Below, piece by piece: positions 51,466 to 61,080 of a stretch of DNA of 64,000 nucleotides. Below the pieces are notes generated by a model. It was not told the DNA's origin and made no database searches. It saw nothing but the letters and a program-made list of their open reading frames with translations. The number at the start of each line of letters is the position of its first letter. The stretch's first letter is position 1. Source of the DNA: Deltaproteobacteria bacterium. GTDB taxonomy: Bacteria > Myxococcota_A > UBA9160 > SZUA-336. The position numbers and the translations under genes were made by a program. The stretch is from NCBI GenBank assembly GCA_029261925.1, contig JAJDAJ010000070.1:67613-131612 (forward strand), read 5' to 3'.

Positions 51466-53379
51466 ATGTCTGAACAGGTACCCCTGCATCCGCTCGAGCC
51501 GCTGCGCCCCGACGAGATCTCCCGCGCGTCGCGGATCCTCCGGGAGAGCGAGCGCATCGGCGACGGCGCCCGCTTCTGCTGGATGGCCCTGCACGAGCCG
51601 GAGAAGGAGGCGCTCGCCGCCTTCGAGAGCCGCGGCGCCGCGGTGGACCGGCAGGCACGGATCATGGTCTTCGACCGCGAGGGCGAGGGAAGCCTCGACG
51701 CGATCGTCTCGCTGTCCGGAGGGAAGGTGCTCTCCTGCACGCGCGCCCCGGACGGACACGTCGCGCTCTCCTTCGCCGACATGATCCGGGTGATCCAGCT
51801 CGTGAAGGCGGACCCCGCCTGGCAGGCCGCCATCCGCAGGCGCGGGATCGAGGACCTCGACAGCGTCCAGGTGGATCCATGGGTGACCGGCGGGTTCGAG
51901 CCGGAGGAGCGCCGGGGCGCCCGCATGATGCGGGCGCTCTCGTATCGCCGCGACTTCGCAGCGGACAACGGGTACGCGCACCCGATCGAGGGGGTCGTGG
52001 CCCTGGTAGATCTCAGCGCCGACGAGGTGGTCGAGGTCCTGGATCACGGCGTCACGCCGTTCCCCCCGGGGCACGGGAACTACGCTGCCGAGGATGTCGA
52101 CGGCTTCCGGAAGGACCTCAGACCTCTCGAGATCACCCAGCCCGAGGGCCCGAGCTTCGATGTGCTGGGCAACGAGATCCGCTGGCAGAAGTGGCGCTTC
52201 CGGACCTCGCTGCATCCGGTGCACGGGCTGGTGCTGCACACCGTCAGCTATCGCGATGGCGACCGCGAGCGCAGGATCCTGCACCGTGCCGCGCTGGCCG
52301 AGATGGTCGTCCCCTACGGCGATCCCGGTCCCATGCACTACTGGAAGAGCGTCTTCGACGCGGGCGAGATGGGGATCGGACAGTTCACGAACTCCCTGGT
52401 CCTGGGCTGCGACTGTCTCGGGGAGATCCGGTACTTCGACGTGTCGCTCTGTGGCCCGCAGGGCGATCCCTTCACGATCTCGAAGGGCATCTGTCTCCAC
52501 GAGGAGGACTTCGGGATCCTCTGGAAGCACACGGATCTCGCATCCCGATCCACGCAGGTCCGCCGCTCCCGGCGTCTCGTGGTCAGCGCGATCCACACGG
52601 TGGGCAACTACGACTACGGCTTCTTCTGGTACTTCTACCAGGACGGCACGCTACAGATGGAGGTCAAGCTGACCGGCATCCTGCAGACCTCGGCGGTCGC
52701 GCCGGGCGAGCAGCCCCCCTGCGCTCCCCTGGTCGCGCCACAGCTCGCCGCGCCGGTCCACCAGCACCTGTTCAACGTGCGCCTCGACTTCGACCTGGAC
52801 GGCCGGAAGAACTCGGTCTACGAGGTCGATGCCGTGCGTCTGCCCGACCCGGAGAATCCCGCCGGCAATGCGTTCGCCGCGCGCGCCACGCTGCTGGGCC
52901 GGGAACGCGAGGCACGGCGCGACATCGATCCCTCGGCGAGCCGCTACTGGAAGATCGTCAATCCGGAGGTGAGCAACGCCACGGGCCAGCCCGTGGGCTA
53001 CAAGCTCGTTCCCGGGAACGCGCCGACGCTGCTGGCGCATCCCGACTCGAAGGTGGCCCGCCGGGCCGCGTTCGCCACGCACAACCTGTGGGTGACGGCG
53101 TACGATCCATCCCAGCTGTCCGCTGCCGGCGACTTCCCGAACCAGCACCCGGGCGGAGCGGGGCTCCCCGAATACTCTGCTGCGGACCGTCCCCTCGAGA
53201 ACACCGACGTGGTCGTCTGGTACAGCTTCGGCGTCACCCACATCCCGGTTCCCGAGCACTGGCCCGTGATGCCCGTCGAGTACGCCGGCTTCACGCTCCA
53301 TCCCGCGGGCTTCTTCGATCGAAACCCCGCCCTCGACGTCGCACCCAGCAGCGCGTGTCATTCGCCAGAGAGCGACTGA
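51466..53379 (+). CDS. Copper-containing primary amine oxidase (topaquinone enzyme)
   Basis: ATG 51466 with GGGAGG upstream, 637 aa. TPQ consensus TVGNYDYGFFWYF. Cu ligands VHQHLF and the C-terminal VTHIP region. No signal peptide. Confidence 0.9.
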   Translation: MSEQVPLHPLEPLRPDEISRASRILRESERIGDGARFCWMALHEPEKEALAAFESRGAAVDRQARIMVFDREGEGSLDAIVSLSGGKVLSCTRAPDGHVALSFADMIRVIQLVKADPAWQAAIRRRGIEDLDSVQVDPWVTGGFEPEERRGARMMRALSYRRDFAADNGYAHPIEGVVALVDLSADEVVEVLDHGVTPFPPGHGNYAAEDVDGFRKDLRPLEITQPEGPSFDVLGNEIRWQKWRFRTSLHPVHGLVLHTVSYRDGDRERRILHRAALAEMVVPYGDPGPMHYWKSVFDAGEMGIGQFTNSLVLGCDCLGEIRYFDVSLCGPQGDPFTISKGICLHEEDFGILWKHTDLASRSTQVRRSRRLVVSAIHTVGNYDYGFFWYFYQDGTLQMEVKLTGILQTSAVAPGEQPPCAPLVAPQLAAPVHQHLFNVRLDFDLDGRKNSVYEVDAVRLPDPENPAGNAFAARATLLGREREARRDIDPSASRYWKIVNPEVSNATGQPVGYKLVPGNAPTLLAHPDSKVARRAAFATHNLWVTAYDPSQLSAAGDFPNQHPGGAGLPEYSAADRPLENTDVVVWYSFGVTHIPVPEHWPVMPVEYAGFTLHPAGFFDRNPALDVAPSSACHSPESD

Positions 53380-53385
53380 CGGGGA

Positions 53386-53410
53386 CCGGAAGGAAACTGG
53401 CGCGCCCGCA
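53386..53410. repeat. Distal copy of 25-bp direct repeat (partial tRNA-Arg 3' end; att-like)
   Basis: CCGGAAGGAAACTGGCGCGCCCGCA is identical to 61081-61105. Confidence 0.75.
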
Positions 53411-53417
53411 ACGGAGC

Positions 53418-54296
53418 ATGAGCTCCAGCCTCGCATGGAGGAGGACAGTGCACCGGTCGCCCCAGTACACGGCCCACCGGGGCTCGGTCCGCCGCTATAT
53501 TCGCTCACGCGTGGTGGAACACCCCTTCTCAGACATTGACTCCCAGCCGGATCCGTCGGCCTGGCTGGAGTGCCTCGACACGACTCGCCAGGAGCCGTTC
53601 CACCAGCGCTACAAGCAGCTCTTGCTGGAGATGCTCCGGGTTCGTCCGGGCGGTCGCTACCTGGATGTCGGTTGCGGGACGGGCGACGACGCCCGGGCCC
53701 TGGGCGACAGGGGAGCATCCGCGGTAGGCATCGATCTCGCCCGCACGATGACGGCCGAGAGCCGGAGGCGGGGGCTCTCCATGGTGGTGCAGGGAGATGC
53801 CGCCGCTCTGCCCTTCGAGTCCTCCACCTTTGATGGCACGTGGGCCGATCAAACATTCCAGCATCTCGCGGATCCACACCTGGCCCTGACGGAGCTGATC
53901 CGCGTCGTACGGCCAGGCGCTCGGGTGGCCGTCGCAGATCCCGACTACAGCACGCAGTCCATGAACTTTCCTGACCGCGAGCTCGCACGCCAAGTGTTCC
54001 AGTTCCGGGCATTCCACGCGCTCCGAAACGGGACCCTCGCCCACACCATGGACGCCGAGTTCAGGAAGGCCGGTCTTGTGGATGTTGAATCTCGAAAGGA
54101 ACGACTGGACGTCCGCGATCCGAGAACCGTGGACCACGTGATGGGCTTGCGCTCCTGGGCCTCTGCTGCCGGCAAGCGCGGCCTGATGTCATCCGCCCAG
54201 GTGAAGCTATGGGAACAGCTCTACGACGAGATGGCGGCCTCCACAAGGTTTCGCTGGTCGGTCTCGTTCTATCTGACGGCGGGCTCGAAGCGCTAG
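53418..54296 (+). CDS. Class I SAM-dependent methyltransferase (Methyltransf_11-like)
   Basis: YLDVGCGTGDDARAL (motif I), FDGTWADQTFQHLADP, VRPGARVAVADPD. Start uncertain (ATG 53418 or GTG 53511). Confidence 0.75.
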   Translation: MSSSLAWRRTVHRSPQYTAHRGSVRRYIRSRVVEHPFSDIDSQPDPSAWLECLDTTRQEPFHQRYKQLLLEMLRVRPGGRYLDVGCGTGDDARALGDRGASAVGIDLARTMTAESRRRGLSMVVQGDAAALPFESSTFDGTWADQTFQHLADPHLALTELIRVVRPGARVAVADPDYSTQSMNFPDRELARQVFQFRAFHALRNGTLAHTMDAEFRKAGLVDVESRKERLDVRDPRTVDHVMGLRSWASAAGKRGLMSSAQVKLWEQLYDEMAASTRFRWSVSFYLTAGSKR

Positions 54297-54300
54297 AGGG

Positions 54301-54501
54301 CAGGCGGCGGGCGAGCACGGGGCGCGTGTTCTCGAAGGAGACGCGTACGGCGGGGGTCCGCGCCACGAGCCGGACGACCGCGAAGCCGCCTCCGCTGGGA
54401 ACCGGATCCGCCACGGTCCCGGGCCGCTGCAGCGCGAACGCCGTGCTCAGGATCTCGGCCGGCACCCCGGGGCTGTTGCGCTCGAGCCAGCCGCCGCCGG
54501 A
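54301..54501 (-). pseudogene. Remnant of a parvulin-type PPIase domain (C-terminal half only)
   Basis: The minus-strand translation SGGGWLERNSPGVPAEILSTAFALQRPGTVADPVPSGGGFAVVRLVARTPAVRVSFENTRPVLARRL parallels the pattern GGDLGWF.RG.MVPEFE.AAF.L..GE.S.PV.T.FGYHII...R....SFEEV. No N-terminal half and no plausible start. Confidence 0.4.
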
Positions 54502-54622
54502 GATCGGCTTTCCATCCCTGATGGGCCAGCGCGCGCCCCTTTCCCGGGTGCGATCAGCGGCGCGCGCTATATCTTGAGTCCGGCACCCGACACCGTTTCG
54601 CGTGCCACGAAGGGGGGGTGAG

Positions 54623-54970
54623 ATGGATTGGTACCTTGCCGCGCTGCGCAAGTACGCGGAGTTCAGCGGCCGGTCCCGGCGGACCGAGTATTGGATGTTC
54701 GTTCTCGTCTACGTGATCATTCTCGTGGTGCTCGCGCTGATCGAGGGCGCGCTGGGCATGCCCGGTGTCGTCTCCGGGCTTTTCCAGCTCGCGATGCTCG
54801 TCCCCGCCCTGGCGGTCGGCGCCCGGCGGCTCCATGACACGGGACGCAGCGGCTGGTGGCAGCTGATCAGCCTGATTCCGCTGATCGGCGCAGTCGTGCT
54901 CATCGTCTTCTTCGTGCAGGACAGCCAACCGGGCGACAACGGGTACGGGGCGAACCCGAAGGGCGGGTAG
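54623..54970 (+). CDS. DUF805 (YhaH/YhaI-like) inner-membrane protein
   Basis: ATG 54623. YAEFSGRSRRTEYWMFVL, ARRLHDTGRSGWWQLISLIPLIGAVVLIVFF, NGYGANP. Confidence 0.8.
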   Translation: MDWYLAALRKYAEFSGRSRRTEYWMFVLVYVIILVVLALIEGALGMPGVVSGLFQLAMLVPALAVGARRLHDTGRSGWWQLISLIPLIGAVVLIVFFVQDSQPGDNGYGANPKGG

Positions 54971-54974
54971 GCTC

Positions 54975-55200
54975 GGCAGTGAGTCGCGGGCGGTCCAACC
55001 AGGCGTTGGACCGGACCGGCAACAGCTCGGGGGTCCGGGGTCCCTGCGGGCGCGCCCCGTCCTCGGTGCGATACTGCACGACGAAGGTCTTGACGCCGGT
55101 CCGCTTGACGCGAACGCCGAAGCCACCCGAACAGACGAACACGTCACCGGTCGGGATTCGGCTTGGTGGCGTCGAGTCCGGCTCCCAGCGGATCGTCCGT
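54975..55200 (-). pseudogene. Frameshifted N-terminal remnant of a P4-type tyrosine integrase (arm-binding/DUF4102-like region)
   Basis: Minus strand. ...LDATKPNPDR-stop sits in one frame. GDVFVCSGGFGVRVKRTGVKTFVVQYRTEDGARP..PELLPV sits in the adjacent frame. This compares with the integrase pattern AKP..K.Y.L.DGGGL.LRV.PSGSK.W.FRYR..GK....LG.YPE.SL. The catalytic domain is absent; the DUF805 gene starts where it should continue. Confidence 0.5.
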
Positions 55201-55628
55201 TACCCGACCGGCCTCTAGCCACGCGCCGACCTCGAGCAGGCGCCCGGATCGGCACGCCCGTACGACGTCCGCGAGCTCATCCTCACTGTCGGCGAGGCGA
55301 CGCTCGGGCCCCGATAGGGCAGCGCGCACGATGCCTCGATCGATGCCCAGCTTGTCACGGTTGCGCACCTCGCCTTGGCAGGCGTTGGCGGGCCTGGGGC
55401 GGAATCAGCCCATCGGGGAGACAAGGAAGCCCCGGCGACCCTCGGGTGACCCGGCGGCCCCCGGATCGGCTAGGGCCGCGACCCGTAGAACGATTGTGTT
55501 CGGAGCGCCCTGATCGGACCTCAGATGCCCCTGGAGAGCCCCTCGACGTGGGGTGCGTCGACGGCAGCTGATCCGTTGGCACCAGCTGGCGTGATATCGT
55601 GGGACGGGGGTCGTCGGAGGGAGATCCT

Positions 55629-58600
55629 GTGCGATCTTATGGGCTTGGCCTGGCTCTCTGGCTCTCTGGATTCTTGATCGCTCCTGCTGCGCTGGGACTG
55701 GAGCTCGTTGAGGAAGTCGCTCCGCCCGGGCAACCGGGATCGCCCGGTGCCGCAGGCGAGGACGGAACCGACGGAACCAACGGCGAGGACGCTGATCTCC
55801 AGACGACGGCGACCGGCCTGGATCCGGAAGTCTTTTTCCGCGTCATCGGGGGCGACGGTGGAGCGGGCGGTCAAGGCGGTAGCAGCCAGGGGCTAGGCGT
55901 CCGTGGTGGTGCCGGAGGCTCGGGCGGCGACGGGGGTGATGCCGCGGCCACTTGCCTTGCCACCGATGCGGACTTCGAAAGCGTTCGACTTCATGCGACC
56001 GGCGGGGACGGCGGCGCCGCAGGTTTCGGGGGTGGGACGTTCTCTGACCGCGGACCCCCGGGGAGTTCGGGTGATGGCGGCAGTGCCCAGGCCGATCTCG
56101 AAGTGAGCAGCACGTCGGCGGACCCGGTCGCCATCGAGGTATTCGCGATGGGCGGCCGCAGCTCTGGGAGCTCCACGCCCGCCAGCGGAGGGGATGGGCG
56201 AGCACATCTCGACGCCACGGCGGTCGGGACCGAGCTAGATGCCTGGGTCATCTCCACCGGAGGTGGAGGCTCCTCGGGGGCAACAGCGCCGGACGGCACG
56301 CGGGCAGATGGCGGCCCCGGGGGCTCTGCCGACGCGACAGCGACTCTCGCTGGCCTCGGAGACGCCCGGGTTGTTCTGATTCTGCAAAGCGAGGGAGGAC
56401 AGGGTAGCACCGCGGCGCGAGCGGGCGCCGCGGGAGCGGCATCCGCAAGCGTCGTTGGATCCTCCGAGGCCGGAGACATCGACCTCAGCTTGCGGGTTGA
56501 AGGTGGCGACGCAGCGGGGTCCCTCGACTCCCAGGACGATCCCGATGCGGGCGCAGCGACAGCTCATGTGGAAGCGGCTTCCTCTGAAGGGGGCGACGTG
56601 GACATCTACGTCGTGGCGGTCGGTGGGCGCGGCGGACGACTGACCGGCCCGACCGGCACTGCGGGAAGTGGTGGGGCGACCGAGGTGACCGCCACTGGCA
56701 GCTCGACGACCGGGGATGTCTCCGTGTACATCGAACAGCTCGGTGGCGCTGGCGCCGCAGGCGCTGGCGGAGCCACGGCCGGCTCCGGTGCGGACTCGGT
56801 GCTGGAGGACGCGGCCTCCGGATCCACGGCAGGCACGCTTTTCCTCGAGCAGAGGGCAGAGGGTGGCCGGGGAGGAGAATCGGACGATCAGGCTCGCTTC
56901 GGATCGGCCGGCTCCGGTATCAGTCGACTGCACACATCTAATGCCGGTGGCGGCGACATCGTGGCACGGGCCATCGCGACGGGCGGGGATGGTGCGCGCA
57001 AGGACCCCAATAGCTCGGCCCCGACGGGGGGCGCCGGAGGCGTTGCCGAGGCCGAGGTCGTCGCGAGCGGCAGCGGAGACGTCACGATACTTGCCTCAGC
57101 CCACGGCGGCCGAGGAGGGACCGGCGTGAACTCCCCGAATGAAGAGTGGGGAAGCGGTGGAGCTGCGCGTCTGGGTCGCGTCTACGGATCTTCAGACGGC
57201 GGCGGTGAGGTCTCCGTGGTCGGCGAGCTGGCGCACGGCGCGGGAGGAGGAGGTGGGCCTGATGCGATCCTCGTGAACGCTGTTGACGGCGACACGACTG
57301 GACGGCTGTCGCTTGAGCAGATTGCTCATGCTGGCCCCCAATTTGAACTCCGCACAGGTGGTGACCTTCAGGGAGACGCGGGGAACAGCACTAGCGCCCT
57401 CGACGTGAGCAAGAGCGTGGAGCACCTGATGGTGCGTACGGAGGCAATCGCCGGGGTGACGGGTAGCGGTGCACCAGGCGTCGCGGAATCCACTGCTCGT
57501 GCGTTCAATGACGCGGGAAGTGTGCAGGTTCTCGCCGAGGCGACGGGCGGGGAGCGCTTCGGGAGCGAAGGGACTGAGAGCGCGGGGGCAGCCTTCGTAG
57601 AATCGCACGCGCGAACCACGGGCGACGATCACACGATCTGGATCGGGGCGCCGCCCGATCAGGACCCCTCCTTGCATGGTGCGTTTGGCGGAGCCGCCAC
57701 GGGTGAGGCGGGAAGCGCGGGAGACGCCACGAGCTCGTCGCAGGGGATCGCTGAGGGAGACTCGGAGGTCGTTGTCTGGGACCTGGCCTTCGGTGGCAGG
57801 TTCAGGCGAGACGAGAGCTCCGGCGCCGAGCTCGTCACCGGCGGCGATGCATCGTCGACAGCCATCGGAATCAACGCGGGCTCCAGTCCGGTCAGCGTTC
57901 ACGCGGAGGCCACCGGAGGGGGCCACCCCAACCCTGGATTCCTCGTCAGCCCCGGGAGTGAGGGCGGAGCCCACGGCGGAAATGCGAGCGCCGTCGCACA
58001 CGGCGAGTCGTCCTCGGGAGCAGTCACGGTCGAGGCCGTTACCCGCGGCGGTAGCGGAGAACGCGGTGTGCCTGCGAACGGAGGAGGAGGCGACGGAGCG
58101 GACGTGGTCGCGATCGACTCGGTGTCGGGCCGCACGACCGGCTCGCTGACGCTCGTGCAGCGCGCGCAGGGAGGCGAAGGGGGCTGGGGGATTGCCCGGA
58201 CCCACCTGAGCGAGAGCGCCGACGGAGGAGACGGCGGAGCGGCTCGTTCGGAGCTCATCCCGGACAACGATCGGGGCGGAGCCCTCGTCGCGACCGTCGG
58301 GGCCGTGGGAGGCAACGGCGGCCGCGGGTTCGGGGAGGGTCGCGCGGGACGCGGCGGCGATGCGGCCGGCTCCGTGGTGATCCGGGATTCGCCCGCAAGT
58401 GCGATCGACCTGATCCTGGAGATTCGCGGAGGAGCGGGCGGCGAGGTCCGCGATGGACGGAGCGGAAGCGCGGGGGATGGCGGCATGGCCGCGGTGGGAG
58501 AGGTCTTCGCGTCTTCGGCGCTCGGCGCTCCCATCAGCATCGACCTGCTCGTGAGTCCCGGTCAAGGAGGAGACGCCACCGGCGATGCCCCAGCCGGCAG

Positions 58601-60920
58601 CGGCTGGGACGCCGTCCTGGACAACGCGATCGACGGGGAGACCACAGGATCGCTGAGCCTGCGGCAGGTCGCGCGGGCGAGTCGCAGTGGACTCGCCGAA
58701 GCGGGCGCCCGGGGTCGGGCAGGTCGAGCTTCGAGCCACCTCTCGAAGTCGGGGAGCTTCGACTCTCTCACCCTCGAGGCCATCGCGCAGGGCGGCTCGT
58801 TCGGAGGCCCCGGCAGCAGCGCCACGGCCGAGGCCGTCGTGGATGCGCTCAACGATGCCGGCGCCGTGGTGGCTGTGGGCGAAGCAACGGGAGGCGTGTT
58901 CGGAACTGCGAGCAGTGCCGTGACGGCTCGCTCGACGGCTCCAGGAGCGCCGGTCACGGCTACGGGTCGCGGGATCGGCGGCTCTTCGGGTGCTGGAGAC
59001 TCATCCCTGAGCCGTGGCATGGATGCGACGAGCGAGACCACGGCCATCTCGGAAGCCGGGGGTGACGTTACGGTCACCGATGTCGCCTACGCAGGTGGAG
59101 GGACCAGCGATGGCCGACCCGGGGGAAATGCATCTTCCCGGGCTCTCGGACAGACCACCGGCACCGGAACAGTCGAGGTGTCCGCAAGTGCCCGTGCCGG
59201 AAGCGGGCTATCGGGCGGATCGAGCGGCGCTACCGGTACCGTGTCCGTGGAGGCCCGGGGCGAGTCGGAACTCGGGGACGTGAGCGTCACGGCAGCGGCC
59301 GACTTCAATCGGCCGGGCTTCGGTGACTCGGGCCCCGGGCCGGCGCCGGTGGCGATCCTCGAGGATGTCGTCACCGGCCGCACAGGAGGGCATCTGACGC
59401 TGCGACAGATCGCCGACGCCTTCAGCGCGGCACCGCGCGACGGCTCGGATCGCGGCCGCGCCGAGTCGATCCTCCACGGCACCAATCCCGGCGGCGGAGC
59501 CATCACGGCCATCGCCGAGGTCAGGACCGCATCGAGAGAGGTCGATACGAGAGCGCTGGTGGAATCGTCCAGCTCCACGGCCGCCGCGACGGCCGTCGGG
59601 GTTGCCTGGGGCGGGCCCCTCGCCGAGGTGTTTGCGACGGCTCGGACCGTGGGAGACGATCACCCCGTAACCGTGGGTCTCGCCGAGGGCCCGGGAGAGC
59701 CCACTCCCGGCGCATGGCCGCGGGTCGGAGCATGGGGCGGGAGCTCGAACTTCGGTGAAGCCCCAGGTGACGCACGAAGCCGCTCCGAGGGCGTCGCCGG
59801 GGGTCACAGCGCCGTGTCCGTGTACGACTACGCCGTCGGCGGCAGCGGTCAACGGAACGATGGTGGCTCCGGCGAGTCCGTCGCGCTGGCCACGGGAAAC
59901 GGAGCCCCGGTGCTTGCCAGCGCCACCGCCGCGGGGGGCTGGGCCGGGAGCACCCTGTTCAGTCGCGAGTTCTCCTACGGCTTCAGTCGGCCCCCATTGG
60001 ACCCGGTTCCGCTCGGTGGAACCGCACGCGCGAGATCGGATGCCAGCGGGACCGGCCAGGTCGACGCGCGCGCGGTCGCGACCGGTGGAATCGGCAGCGA
60101 CAGGGACCCTCTGGTGTTCCCCGAGCTCGATGACACCCCGGCGGTCGTGGCCTTCGCGGTCGGCGAAGGCGGAGACGCGATCTCTTCCGCGACCGCGCAG
60201 GGTGCGACCGGGAGTGCCGTAGCGCGCAGCATCACACAAGGTGGCCAGGCCGGTTGGATCGAGGCCAGCGCGAGCGCCTGGTTCCACGATGGCGAAGCGA
60301 CGGGGGCGGCCGCGGTCGGCGTGGCTGGGGGGCCGCTTGCCGACTTGCCCGCTGGCGCCGCGGCGATCTCGGCAGCTCGCCTTCGTCCGGCGCCAAGTGA
60401 GCCTGGCGCTTCCACGCTGACGATCGCATCCGGGACCCTGGGCGCCGGCTTCGGCGGCGGGGGCAACGAAGGTGTCCAGAGGACCGAAGCTCGGGCCTCG
60501 GTAGAGTTCCACGCCGCCGTGACATCCGGGAGGTCGGATCTGTTGCTGGAGTTCAACGATCCGATCGTGGGCCCGGACGGATTCGACGAGCTGGTGATCC
60601 GCGTTCTCGATGACGTCGGGACCATCATGCAGATGCGTTTCGACGACGAGGAGCAGGCGAACCTGTTTCTTCGTGGGTCGACAATAGATGTAGGCAACGT
60701 CTTCCCACCGGAGCTCATGGAGACGCCACCGTTCGGATTCGAGCGCCTCGTGCCCGAGCTGTTCGCTCTGACCGTGATTGTGGAGGTGCTCGGGATCCAC
60801 AGCCAAGCAACGGGACTCACTACGGAGTTTCGCCTCATTCAGGCCGCCGCAGTACCAGAACCTCGCGCCTGGGCCCTGTTCGCGATCGCAATTGCGGTGC
60901 TCGTCCTTCGACCGAGGTGA
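55629..60920 (+). CDS. Giant glycine-rich repetitive surface protein with PEP-CTERM anchor
   Basis: GTG 55629 is preceded by GGAGGGAG (the ORF opens at 55599), ~1763 aa. Signal-like LGLALWLSGFLIAPAALG. Short collagen-like GXY run. Hundreds of GG-rich beta-helix-like segments. A recurring ...D.V.G.TTG.L.L.Q.A... motif occurs 5 times. C-terminal AAAVPEPRAWALFAIAIAVLVLRPR. Confidence 0.8.
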   Translation: MRSYGLGLALWLSGFLIAPAALGLELVEEVAPPGQPGSPGAAGEDGTDGTNGEDADLQTTATGLDPEVFFRVIGGDGGAGGQGGSSQGLGVRGGAGGSGGDGGDAAATCLATDADFESVRLHATGGDGGAAGFGGGTFSDRGPPGSSGDGGSAQADLEVSSTSADPVAIEVFAMGGRSSGSSTPASGGDGRAHLDATAVGTELDAWVISTGGGGSSGATAPDGTRADGGPGGSADATATLAGLGDARVVLILQSEGGQGSTAARAGAAGAASASVVGSSEAGDIDLSLRVEGGDAAGSLDSQDDPDAGAATAHVEAASSEGGDVDIYVVAVGGRGGRLTGPTGTAGSGGATEVTATGSSTTGDVSVYIEQLGGAGAAGAGGATAGSGADSVLEDAASGSTAGTLFLEQRAEGGRGGESDDQARFGSAGSGISRLHTSNAGGGDIVARAIATGGDGARKDPNSSAPTGGAGGVAEAEVVASGSGDVTILASAHGGRGGTGVNSPNEEWGSGGAARLGRVYGSSDGGGEVSVVGELAHGAGGGGGPDAILVNAVDGDTTGRLSLEQIAHAGPQFELRTGGDLQGDAGNSTSALDVSKSVEHLMVRTEAIAGVTGSGAPGVAESTARAFNDAGSVQVLAEATGGERFGSEGTESAGAAFVESHARTTGDDHTIWIGAPPDQDPSLHGAFGGAATGEAGSAGDATSSSQGIAEGDSEVVVWDLAFGGRFRRDESSGAELVTGGDASSTAIGINAGSSPVSVHAEATGGGHPNPGFLVSPGSEGGAHGGNASAVAHGESSSGAVTVEAVTRGGSGERGVPANGGGGDGADVVAIDSVSGRTTGSLTLVQRAQGGEGGWGIARTHLSESADGGDGGAARSELIPDNDRGGALVATVGAVGGNGGRGFGEGRAGRGGDAAGSVVIRDSPASAIDLILEIRGGAGGEVRDGRSGSAGDGGMAAVGEVFASSALGAPISIDLLVSPGQGGDATGDAPAGSGWDAVLDNAIDGETTGSLSLRQVARASRSGLAEAGARGRAGRASSHLSKSGSFDSLTLEAIAQGGSFGGPGSSATAEAVVDALNDAGAVVAVGEATGGVFGTASSAVTARSTAPGAPVTATGRGIGGSSGAGDSSLSRGMDATSETTAISEAGGDVTVTDVAYAGGGTSDGRPGGNASSRALGQTTGTGTVEVSASARAGSGLSGGSSGATGTVSVEARGESELGDVSVTAAADFNRPGFGDSGPGPAPVAILEDVVTGRTGGHLTLRQIADAFSAAPRDGSDRGRAESILHGTNPGGGAITAIAEVRTASREVDTRALVESSSSTAAATAVGVAWGGPLAEVFATARTVGDDHPVTVGLAEGPGEPTPGAWPRVGAWGGSSNFGEAPGDARSRSEGVAGGHSAVSVYDYAVGGSGQRNDGGSGESVALATGNGAPVLASATAAGGWAGSTLFSREFSYGFSRPPLDPVPLGGTARARSDASGTGQVDARAVATGGIGSDRDPLVFPELDDTPAVVAFAVGEGGDAISSATAQGATGSAVARSITQGGQAGWIEASASAWFHDGEATGAAAVGVAGGPLADLPAGAAAISAARLRPAPSEPGASTLTIASGTLGAGFGGGGNEGVQRTEARASVEFHAAVTSGRSDLLLEFNDPIVGPDGFDELVIRVLDDVGTIMQMRFDDEEQANLFLRGSTIDVGNVFPPELMETPPFGFERLVPELFALTVIVEVLGIHSQATGLTTEFRLIQAAAVPEPRAWALFAIAIAVLVLRPR

Positions 60921-61080
60921 CCCGATGCTGACCCGAGCCTCGGGAATCTTACCCAAGAGCTTGGAACGGCTCTGGAAACGCGGATTAGCCACCTGATCGG
61001 CCCTCTCCGACAGCATCAGCATCTTGTAGAGCAGTGCTTCGCCGAATAGTTCCCATGTCCGGGAGCTGGCTCGCAACTAC

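Noticed and set aside
55144-55368. 74-aa minus-strand ORF (MRNRDKLGIDRG...)
   Set aside because: It has no recognisable domain or RBS. Its 3' end (..LDATKPNPDR) is better explained as part of the frameshifted integrase remnant, so it was not called as a separate gene.
55629-60920. Possible CRISPR array or DNA tandem-repeat array inside the repetitive gene
   Set aside because: The repetition is at the protein-motif level with irregular spacing and divergent DNA. There are no identical short direct repeats with unique spacers anywhere in the window.
59208-61076. 622-aa minus-strand ORF opposite the giant gene
   Set aside because: It is antisense to the repetitive PEP-CTERM gene. The plus-strand frame has a signal peptide, coherent repeats and a sorting tail; this frame has none.
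60921-61080. Possible integrase C-terminal remnant next to the tRNA
   Set aside because: Translations of both strands (for example WELFGEALLYKMLMLSERADQVANPRFQ) do not resemble tyrosine-recombinase motifs, so no call was made.
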